Positions 62,270 to 64,000 of a stretch of DNA of 64,000 nt are shown here, piece by piece (the stretch's first letter is position 1; each line of letters starts with the position of its first letter). This DNA comes from an uncultured Oscillospiraceae bacterium (GTDB taxonomy: Bacteria; Bacillota; Clostridia; Oscillospirales; Oscillospiraceae), in contig CANQJZ010000008.1 of assembly GCA_947624385.1 (NCBI GenBank), positions 2,226-66,225 on the forward strand, read 5' to 3'. A program made the position numbers and the translations under genes. The notes beneath the pieces are model-generated. The model was not told the origin of the DNA. It made no database searches and saw only the letters and a program-made list of their open reading frames with translations.

Positions 62270-62935
62270 TTACTGCTCCGCCAGCGGGAAAAGCTGCCAG
62301 CACCGCTCCGGGCCGGCAATGGGATAAAATAGCGCCGCCGCGCACAGCGCCCCGTCCACGTCCAGATAGGGTCTGGCCCGGGCGATGGTCTCGTCCGCCA
62401 GGGAGCTGGCGCGCTGCAGGTCGATGAAGTCGTCGTCCGTAAAGCCCGCGAAGGCGTCGTACTGGGCGCTCACGGCAGTGCGCAGCCGGTCGTTGAACCC
62501 GGTCCGGTCCAGGCCCATGGCCGCGAAAAACTCCCGGTCGCTGAGCCGTTCGCCGTCGGCGAGAGAGACGTTGTAGACATAGTAGTCGCACAGGTCGTTG
62601 GCCTCATAGCGGACGGCGGCCAGCAGGCTCAGGACATCCCCCCGGATGGCCCAGCTGTAGTCGATGCCCATGATATAGGACGCCTCCCCGCTCTGGGCGG
62701 CGTACTGCACGTCGTACATGTACCCCTCGTACAGGTCCGCCCATATGGCGGCGTTCGTCGCCGCGGTGCCGGGACCGTCCAGGTTTATCTGGGGGATGTG
62801 GTATTCCCCGCCGTATTCCTCGCCGGTGGTGTAGGTATAGGCGTCCGTCACCGTGTCGCTGTCCGCCAGCGCCGGGGCGGCAAGGCCCAGCACCAGCCCG
62901 ACGGCCAAAAGAATGCTCAAAAGTTTTTTCATCAT
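62270..62935 (-). CDS. secreted protein of unknown function located between parE and parC
   Basis: Signal peptide MMKKLLSILLAVGLVLGLAAPALA. I recognise no other motif. Confidence 0.65.
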   Translation of the reverse strand: MMKKLLSILLAVGLVLGLAAPALADSDTVTDAYTYTTGEEYGGEYHIPQINLDGPGTAATNAAIWADLYEGYMYDVQYAAQSGEASYIMGIDYSWAIRGDVLSLLAAVRYEANDLCDYYVYNVSLADGERLSDREFFAAMGLDRTGFNDRLRTAVSAQYDAFAGFTDDDFIDLQRASSLADETIARARPYLDVDGALCAAALFYPIAGPERCWQLFPLAEQ

Positions 62936-62949
62936 GATTCGCTCCCCTG

Positions 62950-64000
62950 TTATGAAATGTCCGCTAATTCCAGGTATTTATACCCCTCGCGGGCGATGTG
63001 CTGCTTGCGGCCTTCTAAATCGTTGCCCTCGAAAAGCTCGAAGTAATAGGCCGTGCGCTCGGCGTCCTCCGGCTGGACCCGGATAAGCCGCCGGGTCTCG
63101 GGGTTCATGGTGGTCAGCCACATCATCTCGGCGGAGTTCTCCCCCAGGCCCTTGGACCGGTTCACGGTGAAGCGGGCCTTGCCCAGGTCCTCCACGATCT
63201 TATTTTTCTCCCCGTCGGAATAAGCATACCAGGTCTTTTCCCGGCAGGTGATCTCGTAAAGGGGCGACTCGGCGATGTATACGTACCCCTCTTTGATGAG
63301 CGTGGGCGTGAGCCGCCAGAGCATGGTCAGGATCAGGGTCCGTATCTGAAAGCCGTCCACGTCCGCGTCCGTGCAGATGACCACCTTGTTCCACCGGAGG
63401 CTTGAAAGGTCGAAGTTATTCAGGTCTTTCCCGTGGCGGGCGACTTCTACCCCACAGCCCAGGACCTTCAACAGGTCCGTGATCACGTCGCTTTTGAAGA
63501 TGCGGGTATAGTCGGCCTTCAGGCAGTTCAGGATCTTGCCCCGGACGGGCATGATGCCCTGAAATTCCGCGTCCCGGCCCATTTTGCACGAGCCCAGGGC
63601 GCTGTCCCCCTCCACGATGTAAAGCTCCCGCCGCTCCGGGTCCCGGCTGCGGCAGTCCACGAATTTCTCCACACGGCTCACGATGTCCATGGAGCCGGTG
63701 AGCTTCTTCTTGATGTTCAGCCGCTGGCGCTCCGCCTGCTCCCGGCTGCGCTTGTTGATCAGCACCTGCTCGGCCATCTTGTCCGCCTCGGCCTTGTGCT
63801 CGATGCACCAGATCTCCAGCTTCTGCTTAAAGAAGTCGGTCATGGCCTCCTGGATGAACCGGTTGGTGATGGCCTTTTTCGTCTGGTTGGCGTAGCTGGT
63901 CTGGGTGGAGAAGCAGTTGGTCACCAGCACAAGGCAGTCCTGCACGTCCTGAAAGGCGATCTTGGACTCGTTTTTCTGGTACTTGCCAAGCTTCTTGATG
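62950..64000 (-). CDS. parE: DNA topoisomerase IV / gyrase subunit B family protein (ParE-like); 5' end lies outside the window
   Basis: TOPRIM region LYIVEGDSALGS and ICTDADVDGFQIRTL. The frame continues open beyond the ORF-track Met to position 64000. Confidence 0.9.
   Translation of the reverse strand, partial: IKKLGKYQKNESKIAFQDVQDCLVLVTNCFSTQTSYANQTKKAITNRFIQEAMTDFFKQKLEIWCIEHKAEADKMAEQVLINKRSREQAERQRLNIKKKLTGSMDIVSRVEKFVDCRSRDPERRELYIVEGDSALGSCKMGRDAEFQGIMPVRGKILNCLKADYTRIFKSDVITDLLKVLGCGVEVARHGKDLNNFDLSSLRWNKVVICTDADVDGFQIRTLILTMLWRLTPTLIKEGYVYIAESPLYEITCREKTWYAYSDGEKNKIVEDLGKARFTVNRSKGLGENSAEMMWLTTMNPETRRLIRVQPEDAERTAYYFELFEGNDLEGRKQHIAREGYKYLELADIS

Overview
GC-rich window (about 60-65% GC by eye) with the gene content of a spore-forming Clostridia-class Firmicute: spoIIP, yabP/yabQ/divIC, a sleB-like hydrolase, a spoVK-like AAA+ ATPase and a GerMN lipoprotein. 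I call 57 CDS (the first and last run off the window edges). Most are housekeeping: rny, hemW, metG, rsmG, polA, rimI-tsaD-tsaE-tsaB, upp, ftsH, prfC, efp, pepP, uvrB, pssA-psd, parE/parC. I found no rRNA, tRNA, CRISPR array, transposase, integrase, recombinase or known defence gene, and I cannot point to a complete, clearly novel multi-gene system. The signals most worth a second look are: (1) a dispersed family of modular GC-rich hairpin repeats in at least 11 intergenic spacers, recombined like a mosaic, with stems kept by compensatory changes (REP/BIME- or MITE-like); (2) an accessory block at 10.2-19.2 kb with three tandem paralogous secreted proteins that share a signal peptide, an 18-nt-repeat acidic linker and a C-terminal FN3-like repeat module, have no recognisable wall anchor, and include a transglutaminase-like domain with Cys replaced by Tyr; (3) phased TGTCCC-N5 direct-repeat arrays in front of pssA-psd and the spoVK-like gene, an architecture typical of OmpR/PhoB-family response-regulator sites, close to a two-component system; (4) two small low-GC islets, one flanked by a duplicated terminator hairpin; (5) a roughly 300-nt leader with an internal intrinsic terminator upstream of the first surface-protein gene. 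All functional calls come from motif recognition by eye. No database search was run.
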